Shown: positions 21,469 to 31,123 of the stretch, piece after piece
Position numbering within the stretch: position 1 is the stretch's first letter
Layout of the letters: each line of letters opens with the position of its first letter
Source of the DNA: Thermoproteota archaeon
Lineage (GTDB): Archaea; Korarchaeota; JAOZGF01; JAOZFZ01
Assembly (NCBI GenBank): GCA_027492035.1
Contig: JAOZFT010000007.1
Span: 39,042-103,041 of the forward strand
Reading direction: 5' to 3'
Length of the DNA stretch: 64,000 bases
The notes under the pieces: generated by a model
Told to the model about the DNA's origin: nothing
Database searches by the model: none
The model's input: the letters and a program-made list of their open reading frames with translations, nothing else
Made by a program: the position numbers and the translations under genes

Positions 21469-22842
21469 ATGTTTTTGCATCTATTAAGAAGTTTCAAGGT
21501 TTCGCTTGCATTCTCAGCTATAGCCCTTCTTTTGTTAGCCGGCTGCCTAGGTCAACCAACGCCCACGGCCACACCTGCACCTACAGCAACACCTACCGCA
21601 ACCGTAACCCCTACGGCAACCCCCACACCTAAACCGAAACCCATCAAAATAGCAGTTGTGTCAGATATAGGAGGAAGAGGAGATTTAAGTTTTAATGACA
21701 TGGCCTTTAAAGGAGGAGAAGAAGCAGAGAAAGATTTTGGAGTCAAAATGGTTGAGTTAATAAGTAAAGTTGAAGCTGACTATATTCCAAACTTAAGGAC
21801 AGCTGCAAAAGACCCTGACGTAAAATTGATAGTTGGAGTAGGTTTCTTATTAAGTGATGCATTAGCAGAAGTTGCAAGAGAATACCCAGATAAAAACTTC
21901 GTTGGCATAGACACTTACGCACAGTCTATAATAAAGGATAAGTACCCAGGTGAGTATCCCCTACCCAATTTAATGGACATATCCTTTGAAGAACACAAAG
22001 GAAGCGCCTTAGTAGGAGCATTAGCAGCTTTATTGGCAATACACTACAACAAGCCACATGTAGGGGTAGTTTTGGGAATAGAAATACCTGTCCTGTGGAA
22101 ATTCGAAATAGGGTACAAGTGGGGAGTAGATTGGGGCATAAAATGGTATGAACAGAAATTCGGTAAAAAAGCGCCAGGAATAGGGCAGGTACCAGTTAAA
22201 TCAAGAGTGTTATGGACATACACAGGCACATTCAGTGACATAACAAAAGGGTATCTGGCATCAAAGGACATGTATGCAAAAGATGCAGTAGCCGTATACA
22301 ATGTTGCAGGCCCACTAGGTTTAGGGATTAATCAAGCCGTGGAAGAAATAGCTGCAGAGAAAAACCTTACAATGGGGCCACCGTTCTGGATTGGAGTAGA
22401 TGCGGATCAAGACTGGATAAATCCAGGCTTCGTAATCGCTAGCATGATGAAAAGAGTTGACAGAGGGGTATACTACGCCACTAAATTACTTATGGAAAAT
22501 AAATTCAGAGAGGTAGTCAATGAGACTTCAGGTGTAATGGTGCTTGGAATAGGAACAAAAGTCGCTGGAATTCCCATGGAAGGAATTTCCGTTAGTACAT
22601 TAACTGACTTGGATGAATTCATTCAAATGGGTGTAAACGCAGAGAAGCTAACTGGCAAAAAAGTTTTACCTGCCACACCTGACGAAATAAAGAGTAAAGT
22701 TAAAGCTATGCGTGAATCTGTTCCATCATGGATTTGGGATGCGGTTTCAGAGCTTGAATCAAAAATAAGAAGTGGTGAAGTGGAAGTACCAATGGTTATG
22801 ACTAAGGACCTAGTTGACCACTGGAGAGGCATACTTGGCTAA
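21469..22842 (+). CDS. BMP-family ABC substrate-binding lipoprotein with Pro/Thr linker
   Basis: Lipobox LAGC; PTPTATPAPT linker; GGRGDLSFND, IGVDADQ, SMMKRVD. Confidence 0.9.
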   Translation: MFLHLLRSFKVSLAFSAIALLLLAGCLGQPTPTATPAPTATPTATVTPTATPTPKPKPIKIAVVSDIGGRGDLSFNDMAFKGGEEAEKDFGVKMVELISKVEADYIPNLRTAAKDPDVKLIVGVGFLLSDALAEVAREYPDKNFVGIDTYAQSIIKDKYPGEYPLPNLMDISFEEHKGSALVGALAALLAIHYNKPHVGVVLGIEIPVLWKFEIGYKWGVDWGIKWYEQKFGKKAPGIGQVPVKSRVLWTYTGTFSDITKGYLASKDMYAKDAVAVYNVAGPLGLGINQAVEEIAAEKNLTMGPPFWIGVDADQDWINPGFVIASMMKRVDRGVYYATKLLMENKFREVVNETSGVMVLGIGTKVAGIPMEGISVSTLTDLDEFIQMGVNAEKLTGKKVLPATPDEIKSKVKAMRESVPSWIWDAVSELESKIRSGEVEVPMVMTKDLVDHWRGILG

Positions 22843-23131
22843 ACCTACCCCTTTCCTTTTTCTTAAAAAGTTTCAATGAAGACCAAACACTGTTTCTAAA
22901 AAGCCCATAAAGCAAATTTAATCCCTCTACAGAATCATATAAAACAAATGTAGTTACCATATAAACTAGGCTCAGAAATATAAGAAATTGGGCTGTAAAT
23001 GGAGAAGCAAAAGACAGAAACCTAACGTGAATTTAAAGAAAACGAAAGATTTTTAAAGAAAAATGTACAAGCCTAAACTTTATTAGTAAACTTTTAACTT
23101 GAATATTTTTAACTTTGTAAGGTGAAAAATT

Positions 23132-23881
23132 TTGTTAATGAACTCGTCAAAGGAAGGAAGTGCTAAGTCTAGGTTAATAGCTTTTTTGGCTATTTCAACA
23201 GCATTAGTTGCTGCAGCAACAATGGTTTTTCAGTTATATATACCCTCCACCAGAGGATATTTCAACATTGGTGAAGTTATGGTTTACACAACCGCCTTGC
23301 TTTTTGGACCCTTTATAGGAGGGTTCGCCGGAGGGGTGGGGTCTGCTTTAGCTGATGTTTTCACTGGTTACTTCGTTTATGCACCTGCAACTTTAGTTAT
23401 TAAGGGTGTTGAGGGGTTTCTTGTTGGTTTTTTAACTACCCAAAACATCCCAGGGAGCAGGAAGAAATGGTTCATGTTTACTTTCCTTCTAGCCTTGATT
23501 GTTTCATTAATTACTTATTTTGTAGGAGTTAACTTCTATGTGGGAGCTGCAGAGTTTTCTATTGGTTTATTTAGTGCTCAAACCACGTTATCAATTTTCA
23601 TTCCTGAAGTTTTCTGGGTTGTTCTTTCTGTGGTTTTGTTTTTGGTCATTGTAGTTGCAGGTTTTTTGGTGGAGCCGCAAATAGGTTGGGTTGTTTTTTC
23701 AGTGGTTATAGGGGGGGTTGAAATGGTGCTTGGTTATTTTTTGTATGAGCAGTTTGTTCTGGGTTACTATGCTTTTCTGGAGGTTCCATTTAACATAGCT
23801 CAGGCAGTAATTGGCTTAATAATTTCTATACCTCTATATAAGATCGTTAAAAAAGTAACTGAGGGAAGGGTCTCTCTTTAA
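23132..23881 (+). CDS. ECF transporter S component
   Basis: IPSTRGYFNIGE, GGVGSALADV, APATLVIKGVEG. Confidence 0.82.
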   Translation: MLMNSSKEGSAKSRLIAFLAISTALVAAATMVFQLYIPSTRGYFNIGEVMVYTTALLFGPFIGGFAGGVGSALADVFTGYFVYAPATLVIKGVEGFLVGFLTTQNIPGSRKKWFMFTFLLALIVSLITYFVGVNFYVGAAEFSIGLFSAQTTLSIFIPEVFWVVLSVVLFLVIVVAGFLVEPQIGWVVFSVVIGGVEMVLGYFLYEQFVLGYYAFLEVPFNIAQAVIGLIISIPLYKIVKKVTEGRVSL

Positions 23882-24002
23882 ACCTAGAATTCCTTATTTT
23901 TATAAATTAAAGAAACAGAAATTTCAGGGTATTTGGGTTTAAGTGAGTCTTTTAAAAGGCAACTTTACACAGTTCAAGATTTAAGTTCGGCAGGAGGTTT
24001 TT

Positions 24003-25430
24003 TTGAAAAATAACGGAGATGTTTTGAAACTTCAATGTTTAAAATGTGGAAGGGAATACCCCCTATTTCCTCCTAGGCATAAATGCGCTAAATGCGGTGG
24101 TTTATTAGAATATGTTTACGATTACTCTGAGTTGAGAGATAAACTTTTTTTTGAAGGCCCTCTTTCCCAGTGGAGGTATAGAAGTGTTTTTCCTCCTATT
24201 AATGAAAATAGAGTAGTTAGTTTAGGTGAGGGAGGTACTCCTCTCCAGCACTCAAAACGTTTAGCGGAGAAAATAGGCTTAGAAAACTTATTTTTTAAAG
24301 ATGAAACTAGGAACCCAACTTACTCATTTAGGGACCGCTGCGCCTCGGTTATGGTTTCAAATGCTTTAGATCTTTCCTATTTCTCTGTTTTATGCGCTTC
24401 TAATGGTAATTTAGGTGCGTCTATTGCAGCTTACTCGTCAAAAGCTGGTTTAGAATGTCATGTAGTTGTTCCAGCGGAAGTGGATGAAGGTAAACTTGCT
24501 CAAATGATGATTTATGAAGTTGACCTTATAAGGGGCGGATGGACGATAGAAGAGGCTATTAAAAAGGCTGCTCAGGTAGAGAGTGAAACAGGCTGGTATC
24601 AGGCAACTGCTGACTTAAATCCATTAGTTATAGAAGCCCAAAAGGTTATCTCTTACGAAATTTATGAGCAAGGCATTTCACCTGATTTCTTGGTTGTGCC
24701 TGTGGGAAGCGGTGGCACTATTTACTCTGTTTGGAAGGGGTTTAATGAACTTAAGGAGATGGGTTTAATTGATTCAGTTCCTAAGATGGTTTGTGTTCAA
24801 CCTGAAGCCTGTTCACCTGTTGTTGCTGCTTACAATAAGAAACCTGTGAAAGTCGAAAACAGGGTTAAGCCTAGAACTGTGGTTTTAGCTGTGTTAGTAT
24901 CTAATCCTGTTTATGGAGAGAAAGCTTTATTAGCTGTAGAGAAGTCAGGAGGTTCAGCTATCTCGGTTTCTGACTACGAGGTTTTGAAGGCTCAAAGGGA
25001 GTTAGCTGTTTTTGAAGGTTTATTTGTTGAACCTGCAAGTGCATCTACAATAGCAGCTGTCAAAAAACTCGTAATTCAGGGGGTGATAAATAAGAAAGAA
25101 AAGGTTGTTTGTTTATTAACTGGCAGCGGCTTAAAAGCACCCCATATACTGGAGGAGTTATCTAGAAGGAAAAGACTCGAAGGATTTGAAACAGAAACTG
25201 GTGCTAAAGAGGAAATATTGAAAATTTTAAGGGAGGAACCTAGCTATGGGTATTTGATTTGGAAAAAAATGGGAAAGAGGATAACTCTTCAAGCAGTTTA
25301 CCAACACTTAAACCAACTGGGAAGGAAAGGGTTTTTAACAAGCTACAGCATGAATGGGAGAAAGTATTTTAGAATCACAACGAAGGGAAGAAAGGCTTTG
25401 AAAGCTCTTGAGGGATTAAAAGGTATCTAA
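24003..25430 (+). CDS. Threonine-synthase-like fold-type II protein (PLP Lys replaced by Arg) with a C-terminal PadR-like wHTH
   Basis: Zn-ribbon, LGEGGTPL, NPTYSFRDR (canonical NPTGSFKDR), VPVGSGG, EPASA, LTGSGLK; C-terminal YGY...QAVYQHL...GRKYFRITTKG. Confidence 0.8.
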   Translation: MKNNGDVLKLQCLKCGREYPLFPPRHKCAKCGGLLEYVYDYSELRDKLFFEGPLSQWRYRSVFPPINENRVVSLGEGGTPLQHSKRLAEKIGLENLFFKDETRNPTYSFRDRCASVMVSNALDLSYFSVLCASNGNLGASIAAYSSKAGLECHVVVPAEVDEGKLAQMMIYEVDLIRGGWTIEEAIKKAAQVESETGWYQATADLNPLVIEAQKVISYEIYEQGISPDFLVVPVGSGGTIYSVWKGFNELKEMGLIDSVPKMVCVQPEACSPVVAAYNKKPVKVENRVKPRTVVLAVLVSNPVYGEKALLAVEKSGGSAISVSDYEVLKAQRELAVFEGLFVEPASASTIAAVKKLVIQGVINKKEKVVCLLTGSGLKAPHILEELSRRKRLEGFETETGAKEEILKILREEPSYGYLIWKKMGKRITLQAVYQHLNQLGRKGFLTSYSMNGRKYFRITTKGRKALKALEGLKGI

Positions 25431-25495
25431 AAACCTTGTTTTAAATTATTTCCTCTTTCAAAAGGTTTCAACCTTTTTTTTAAATAAAGACTGTT

Positions 25496-27064
25496 TCATT
25501 CTTGATCCGGAGAGGTTAGAGAGTAAATTTGCTCCCCTCCAATAAAAGTTGAAACAACTTTAACTTTGTTTAAAGTTTCTGGTTGGATAAATGGATCTTT
25601 AGAGAGAATTACAAAATCTGCAAACTTTCCAGGTTCAAGGGTGCCCTTGACTGTTTCACTGAAGGATGCATAACTTCCTCCATAAGTGTAACATTTAATT
25701 GCTTCCTCCATAGTTAACTTTTGAATAGGAAAGGGGGAGTTGACAGTGGAGTTTAAGCCGTAAAAAGGGTTGAAGGGCATCATATCTGAACCGAAAGCTA
25801 AACATATACCTGAGTCATAAATTTTCCTGAATGGATTCATTGATTTATATCTTTCACCAAGCCTTAATTGATAAAGTTGATTTTTACCTCCCCATCTCCC
25901 TATAAAATTTGGTTGCATGGAACAAACAACTCCTAGCCTCTTCATTACATTTATCTGTTGATCCTTAACAAGTTCTAAATGTTCAATTCTGTGCCTGAAT
26001 GAAGAGCATTTCTTATTCAAAACTTTTTTAAGTGTTTTTAGGGCTGTTTCGATAGCTTTATCCCCTATTGCATGAATAGCTAATTGCAACTTTATCTCTT
26101 TTGTTCTTTCAATTACTTCTATCAACTCTTTCTCTGAAAGCAAAAGCATGCCTTCATTATTTATTTCATCTACGTATCCTCCTTCTACTGCAGCTGTTTT
26201 TGCCCCTATTGAACCGTCAAGAAAAATTTTTAAGGCCCCTATTTTGAATGGTTCATCTCCAAAACCTGTAGAAAAACCTGTTTTTTCTAAACAATCAAGT
26301 AATTTTCTTTCAATTAGAAGATAGATCCTCAATTTTAGTTTATTCTCCTTTTTGAGTTCCAGGTATGTCTTGATGTCCCCACTATTGACATTGTCATGTA
26401 TAGAGGTTATTCCCAAAGAGTAAGCCCTTTTAATACCTTTAACAACCCATTCCTTTTTCTCCTTTATTGAAGGTTCAATTTTTTCAATTGCGTAATTCTT
26501 TGCTTCCTCCACCAAAATTCCTGTTAACTCACCTAAGGAGTCTTTTTCGACCCCAGTTAAGCTTTTAGGTAAATTCAGAAGTTCCAGCGCTAAACTGTTT
26601 ACGGTGCATAGATGGCCGTCTATTCTTTCAAGTAAAACTGGATTTTCAGGAGCAATTTTATCCAGTTCTTTCCTGTAAATAAAAGTTTTCTCAGGCCAAA
26701 TACTTTCATCCCAGCCTGAACCTATTATCCATTCTCCTCTCCTTCTCCTTTCGACTTCTTGGGAAACCCTCTCCAAAACTTCTTTTTTGGACTTAGTCAT
26801 GTTCAGGTTTAGTCTCCCTAGACCCAGGGAATACTTTATGAAATGTGTATGAGAATCTATAAATCCAGGAATTACGGTTTTATTTTCTAAATTTATTTTT
26901 TCTGTTGCTCCACTAACAGCTAAAACATCTTTTTTCTTACCCACCGCTATTATTTCTCCGTTTTCAACAGCTAAAGCATCCACTAACCCGTATCTCTGAC
27001 TTAAAGTGTAGATTCTACCATTGAATAAAACGAAACTGTTTAAACCCAATTTAAACCCCCACAA
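25496..27064 (-). CDS. Amidohydrolase 3 (YtcJ-like) metal-dependent hydrolase
   Basis: PGFIDSHTH, KIFLDGS, HAIGD, HRIEH, FGSD, GTLEPGKFADF. Confidence 0.9.
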   Translation of the reverse strand: MWGFKLGLNSFVLFNGRIYTLSQRYGLVDALAVENGEIIAVGKKKDVLAVSGATEKINLENKTVIPGFIDSHTHFIKYSLGLGRLNLNMTKSKKEVLERVSQEVERRRRGEWIIGSGWDESIWPEKTFIYRKELDKIAPENPVLLERIDGHLCTVNSLALELLNLPKSLTGVEKDSLGELTGILVEEAKNYAIEKIEPSIKEKKEWVVKGIKRAYSLGITSIHDNVNSGDIKTYLELKKENKLKLRIYLLIERKLLDCLEKTGFSTGFGDEPFKIGALKIFLDGSIGAKTAAVEGGYVDEINNEGMLLLSEKELIEVIERTKEIKLQLAIHAIGDKAIETALKTLKKVLNKKCSSFRHRIEHLELVKDQQINVMKRLGVVCSMQPNFIGRWGGKNQLYQLRLGERYKSMNPFRKIYDSGICLAFGSDMMPFNPFYGLNSTVNSPFPIQKLTMEEAIKCYTYGGSYASFSETVKGTLEPGKFADFVILSKDPFIQPETLNKVKVVSTFIGGEQIYSLTSPDQE

Positions 27065-27211
27065 CCTGAATTTAAAGCAAGATAATATTCATATCCTTAG
27101 AAACTCTTTTTCAGTTTCCTTAATTTTTAGAAAAGAAGAGGTAAGGAAAAAAGAAATTTAGATATTTTTTAATATAACACATAAGGTTATTTTACTAAAA
27201 AAGGTGTTCCC

Positions 27212-27898
27212 ATGAAGAGAAGGATACTTATAATTGGGAAGGTGCATGAGGTAGGATATAGGGCTTTCCTCTTAGGTTTAGCGGAAAGCTTTGAAGTAAA
27301 GAACTTTTTTGCTGAAAACTTAACAATTAACGGTAAACAGGCGGTTGAGGTTTTAGTTGAGGACGAAGAAATAAAGGTTAAAGATTTCATAGACTCTTTA
27401 AAAAAAAGAAAACCGGATGCAGCTGAAGTTGAAGAAATAAAAGTAGAAGATTACCAAGGGAAAGTGATGAAGAAAGAGTCATATTATAGATACTTAACAG
27501 CTATGCAATTAACAAAGATCGCAACCTATGGTGGCGAAATGATTAAAAGGCAGGATGAAACACTTGAGAAACAAGACCAAATGCTTAAAAAACAGGACCA
27601 AATGCTTGAGAAACAGGACCAAATGCTTAAAAAACAGGACCAAATGCTTGAGAAACAAGACCAAATGCTTAAAAAACAGGACCAAATGCTTGAGAAACAA
27701 GACCAAATGCTTAAAAAACAGGACCAAATGCTTAAAAAACAGGACCAAACGATAAAAGAGATAAGGGTTACGAGAGAAGAAATAAAGGGTGAAATAAGTG
27801 CTCTTAGACAGGATCTTAAAACTTATTTAGATAAAAGGATTGTTAAAATTGAGAAGGAAATAGCTAAAATTAAAGCTAGAATAGGTATGTCTAATTAA
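27212..27898 (+). CDS. Acylphosphatase-domain protein with a repeat-built coiled-coil tail
   Basis: GKVHEVGYR...AEN acylphosphatase signature followed by QDQML[KE]K heptads. Confidence 0.75.
   Translation: MKRRILIIGKVHEVGYRAFLLGLAESFEVKNFFAENLTINGKQAVEVLVEDEEIKVKDFIDSLKKRKPDAAEVEEIKVEDYQGKVMKKESYYRYLTAMQLTKIATYGGEMIKRQDETLEKQDQMLKKQDQMLEKQDQMLKKQDQMLEKQDQMLKKQDQMLEKQDQMLKKQDQMLKKQDQTIKEIRVTREEIKGEISALRQDLKTYLDKRIVKIEKEIAKIKARIGMSN
27551..27760 (+). repeat. In-frame 21-bp tandem repeat: 8 near-perfect units CA[AG]GACCAAATGCTT[AG]A[AG]AAA plus two degenerate flanking units
   Basis: Units start at 27572, 27593, 27614, 27635, 27656, 27677, 27698 and 27719; no spacers. Confidence 0.95.
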
Positions 27899-27907
27899 AG
27901 GAAAGTA

Positions 27908-28756
27908 ATGATTAAAATTTGTTTCCCTGTATTTTCTCATATTGTAATGGGTGAGGTATTCATTACAGTAATTGTAAGGTTTTCAACTGGTGTCAAAGGA
28001 CTAGATGAAATATTAGAAGGAGGAATTCCTAAAGGATTCCTTGTAGCGGTTACAGGGGAACCTGGCACAGGTAAAACAATCCTTTGTTTACACTTTATAA
28101 ATGAAGGCATCAAAACAGGCGATAAAGGTATATATGTTACGACCGAAGAATCTAGAGAATCTATCTTAAATCAAGCTAAACAGTTCAATATGGACTTTGA
28201 CAAGTACTTGGAAGAGGGAAACCTAATAATTATTGATGCTTTAATGGGCAGAAGAGAAGATGAATGGTCACTTAAAAGTTTGGACCCTGAGGAACTTGTC
28301 CAGTTGGTTATTAAAGCTAAAAAGAAACTTGGGTACGGTAATGCAAGGCTTGTAATTGACTCTATGAGTGCTTTCTGGCTGGATAAGCCGGCTACTGCAA
28401 GAAAGTATTCCTATTTTGTAAAAAAGGTTTTGAGTAAATGGAATTTCACTATCTTAATGGTTAGTCAGTACGCTATTACAACAAGTGACGCTTTCGGTTT
28501 CGGTTTGGAACATATAGCAGATGGGATCATTAGGTTCAGACGTTTCATAAGGGAGGGTAAACTTAAAAGATGTTTAATAGTTGAAAAAATGAGGCAAACC
28601 CCCCACAGTCTGAACATGTATGAAGTCTTGATCGAGGAAGGGAAAGGGTTAACCTTAAAGCCTTTAAAGGGAAGGAAAGAAGACATTGCTCTTCCTAAAT
28701 CAGTGACAAATAAGATAATTAAAGCTAAAGAGGAGAAAGAAAAGGAAATACCTTAA
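27908..28756 (+). CDS. KaiC-domain (RecA-superfamily) ATPase, PAE1156-like (true start probably a few codons downstream)
   Basis: STGVKGLD, GEPGTGKT, TTEES, LVIDSMSAFWLDKP, EHIADGII, VEKMRQT. Confidence 0.88.
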   Translation: MIKICFPVFSHIVMGEVFITVIVRFSTGVKGLDEILEGGIPKGFLVAVTGEPGTGKTILCLHFINEGIKTGDKGIYVTTEESRESILNQAKQFNMDFDKYLEEGNLIIIDALMGRREDEWSLKSLDPEELVQLVIKAKKKLGYGNARLVIDSMSAFWLDKPATARKYSYFVKKVLSKWNFTILMVSQYAITTSDAFGFGLEHIADGIIRFRRFIREGKLKRCLIVEKMRQTPHSLNMYEVLIEEGKGLTLKPLKGRKEDIALPKSVTNKIIKAKEEKEKEIP

Positions 28757-28812
28757 AAACTGTTTTTTGAAGAAGATTAAACTTATTTAACCTAAATAAG
28801 GGGCTACCTTAA

Positions 28813-29739
28813 GTGTCCAAGCTAAAATATAGTGCAATCCTTGAACATTACATGAAGTACAAGGTGTGTAAAGAAATTTATGAGTTTTCTAGGGATAGAT
28901 GGGTGGCTTTACATTGCGAGAAAGAATTCAAAAAGAAAAAAGTTTTTGTTAGGTACATTTATGCCCCTTACAAGGAACTTTTAAAAATAACCAAGCCGAG
29001 CGACATATTCGAAATCATCAACTATTACAAAGAATTGAAACCTCGAACCTTTTACGCCTCTATTTTACAATTTAAAAGAATACTTTATGTCTTCGATGTT
29101 TTAAACCCTGCAAACGTTTACTCTTGCCTGCCTACCTGGGACGTCGATAATACAATTTCTAAATTTGAAGCTACTTTAAAAGCAGCTGAAAACATTTTAG
29201 ATGCATTGAGAAAGGAAAAAGTTGAAGAGTCTGTTTTTTTGAAATGGAGCGGCGAAGGTTTACATATTCACCTTCACCCTAAAGCAATAACTAAAGAATT
29301 GAAGAAAAAGATACATCCCTTGGACGCAGCTTACTCTTTAGTAGAATACATTAAAGAAAAAGTCGCAAAGAAAATCAAGGCTGTTTCATTAAGTTACCAA
29401 GCAAATAAATTAGTTGTGGAAAACATCATCCACTCAAAAAGTGTAATAACTGCACCTTTAACTTTCCATAGGGAGCAAGATAGAATTGCGGTTTGTATTG
29501 ACCCTAGCGAAGTAAATAATTTCAGTTTAGATTGGACAGAACCAAAGAAATTCAAACATTTCTGGCATTGGAAGGAAAAATTTAAACAAGGAGAAGCAGA
29601 TAAACTGGTTTTAAAATCTTACAAAAAAATAGGTTCCTGCCCCTACAGATTTAAACCTCCAAAAAAGAAAGGGAAACCTGTAGATAAATGGATTACTGAG
29701 TTTTTGAAGACAACAGAGGAAAAAGGAAGTGACAAATAA
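28813..29739 (+). CDS. Archaeo-eukaryotic primase (AEP) superfamily protein
   Basis: Motif I WDVD, motif II SGEGLHIH, motif III-like VITAPLTFH. Confidence 0.6.
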   Translation: MSKLKYSAILEHYMKYKVCKEIYEFSRDRWVALHCEKEFKKKKVFVRYIYAPYKELLKITKPSDIFEIINYYKELKPRTFYASILQFKRILYVFDVLNPANVYSCLPTWDVDNTISKFEATLKAAENILDALRKEKVEESVFLKWSGEGLHIHLHPKAITKELKKKIHPLDAAYSLVEYIKEKVAKKIKAVSLSYQANKLVVENIIHSKSVITAPLTFHREQDRIAVCIDPSEVNNFSLDWTEPKKFKHFWHWKEKFKQGEADKLVLKSYKKIGSCPYRFKPPKKKGKPVDKWITEFLKTTEEKGSDK

Positions 29740-30991
29740 GAAGAGGTCCCTCATAGCATTAACTTTCGTAATTGTTCTCCTTACCTCTACAACCCTTTTT
29801 TACTGGTTTTCCAAGCAAAAAACGCAAATTAAAGAAGTTAATGTTAATCCTGAGTACAGGGAAGTAACTGAAAAAATATTTGAGCAAGTTTTGTCGAAAA
29901 TAGAAGCTGTCCGTGGCCTCTCACTAAACAAGAAAGTGGGTTTAAAAATAGTTGATGTTAACTGGGTTAAAAAGAACTGGGGGAAAGAATTCATTGAATC
30001 AGCCAGTAGGGATTTATTTATCGAGCAGAAAATTTATGAAGCCCTTTTTCTAATCAACGAAAGTGTAAATTTGAAAAAGATAATGTATGACGAATATTCC
30101 CTTTTCACTGCTGCTGCTTGGCAGGGAGATATTTACGTTGTAAAGGAGAACTTTAACCCTTACAAAAAAATTGATGCTGAGAAAGTTCTCGCCCATGAAA
30201 TGACCCATATATTGCAGGGAGTACATTTCATGAAACCTAAAACAGAAACTTATGACTCAAAGCAGGCATGGTCTGCCTTAATTGAAGGCGACGCTATGCT
30301 CGCTGGAGATAAATTTGTTGAGGAAGAAATTTTCAACAAATCCAGAGTATCAGCCAAAACCACAGTTAAAGTTTTTAACAACCCTTTTTTTAACCCCTTC
30401 AACTATGAAGTAATACCGGAACCTCTAATTAAACTTTGGCTTTTCCCTTACCATTACGGTGAAGATTTTGTTCTTTACCTTTACAAAAAAGGGGGATGGA
30501 AAGAAGTGAATAATGCTTACCTTAACCCTCCGCAAACTACAGAGCAAATAATTCACATTAAGAAATACTTAAAAAATGAAAGTTTCTTAAAAGTTCCAAG
30601 TGTAAAAATAAACGGTTCAGGTTGGGAGGAAGCAAGAAATGACAGACTAGGTGAACACTTCATTTACGTCACTCTCTCAACTTGGACAACTGAAAAAGAA
30701 GCTGAAAAAGCAAGTTATGGTTGGGGAGGCGACAATTTCACACTTTACTTAAACAAGAGGGGGGATTACTTTTTCACGTGGTTGATTCGCTGGGACAACT
30801 TAAACGACAGTGAAGAATTTTATCAATGTTTAACAAAGGCTCTGAGAGATGGAATAAAGGCAAAAAAATTATTAAATGGCATTTGGGGTGAGGAAGGGAA
30901 ATACATTTGGTTTAAAGAATATAAAGATAAAGTCTTAATTGCTGGTTCTTCAAACTTTGAACAATTGAAAAACTTTACGGAAATAAACTAG
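29729..30991 (+). CDS. Membrane-anchored extracellular zinc metallopeptidase-like protein
   Basis: N-terminal TM; LAHEMTHILQ (HEXXH) and downstream EGDA; FPY..G; PPQTTEQIIH; GWGGD. Confidence 0.65.
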   Translation: MTNKKRSLIALTFVIVLLTSTTLFYWFSKQKTQIKEVNVNPEYREVTEKIFEQVLSKIEAVRGLSLNKKVGLKIVDVNWVKKNWGKEFIESASRDLFIEQKIYEALFLINESVNLKKIMYDEYSLFTAAAWQGDIYVVKENFNPYKKIDAEKVLAHEMTHILQGVHFMKPKTETYDSKQAWSALIEGDAMLAGDKFVEEEIFNKSRVSAKTTVKVFNNPFFNPFNYEVIPEPLIKLWLFPYHYGEDFVLYLYKKGGWKEVNNAYLNPPQTTEQIIHIKKYLKNESFLKVPSVKINGSGWEEARNDRLGEHFIYVTLSTWTTEKEAEKASYGWGGDNFTLYLNKRGDYFFTWLIRWDNLNDSEEFYQCLTKALRDGIKAKKLLNGIWGEEGKYIWFKEYKDKVLIAGSSNFEQLKNFTEIN

Positions 30992-31123
30992 GAAATTTTC
31001 CGTTAAGTTAGTAGCCTAAAGAACTCTTCAACAGTAACTAAAAAATTTCTTAGGAAGACAGGCTGAAAAGAAAGAATTTAAATTTTTCACTTTTCTTTCT
31101 TTTTCTAATTCTTTAAAAGATTT

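Noticed and set aside
21553-21640. Pro/Thr repeat in the BMP protein as a DNA repeat element
   Set aside because: Codons are diverged; this is an ordinary low-complexity linker
27551-27760. 21-bp repeats as a CRISPR array
   Set aside because: No unique spacers; the units are contiguous, in frame within a CDS, and no cas genes are present
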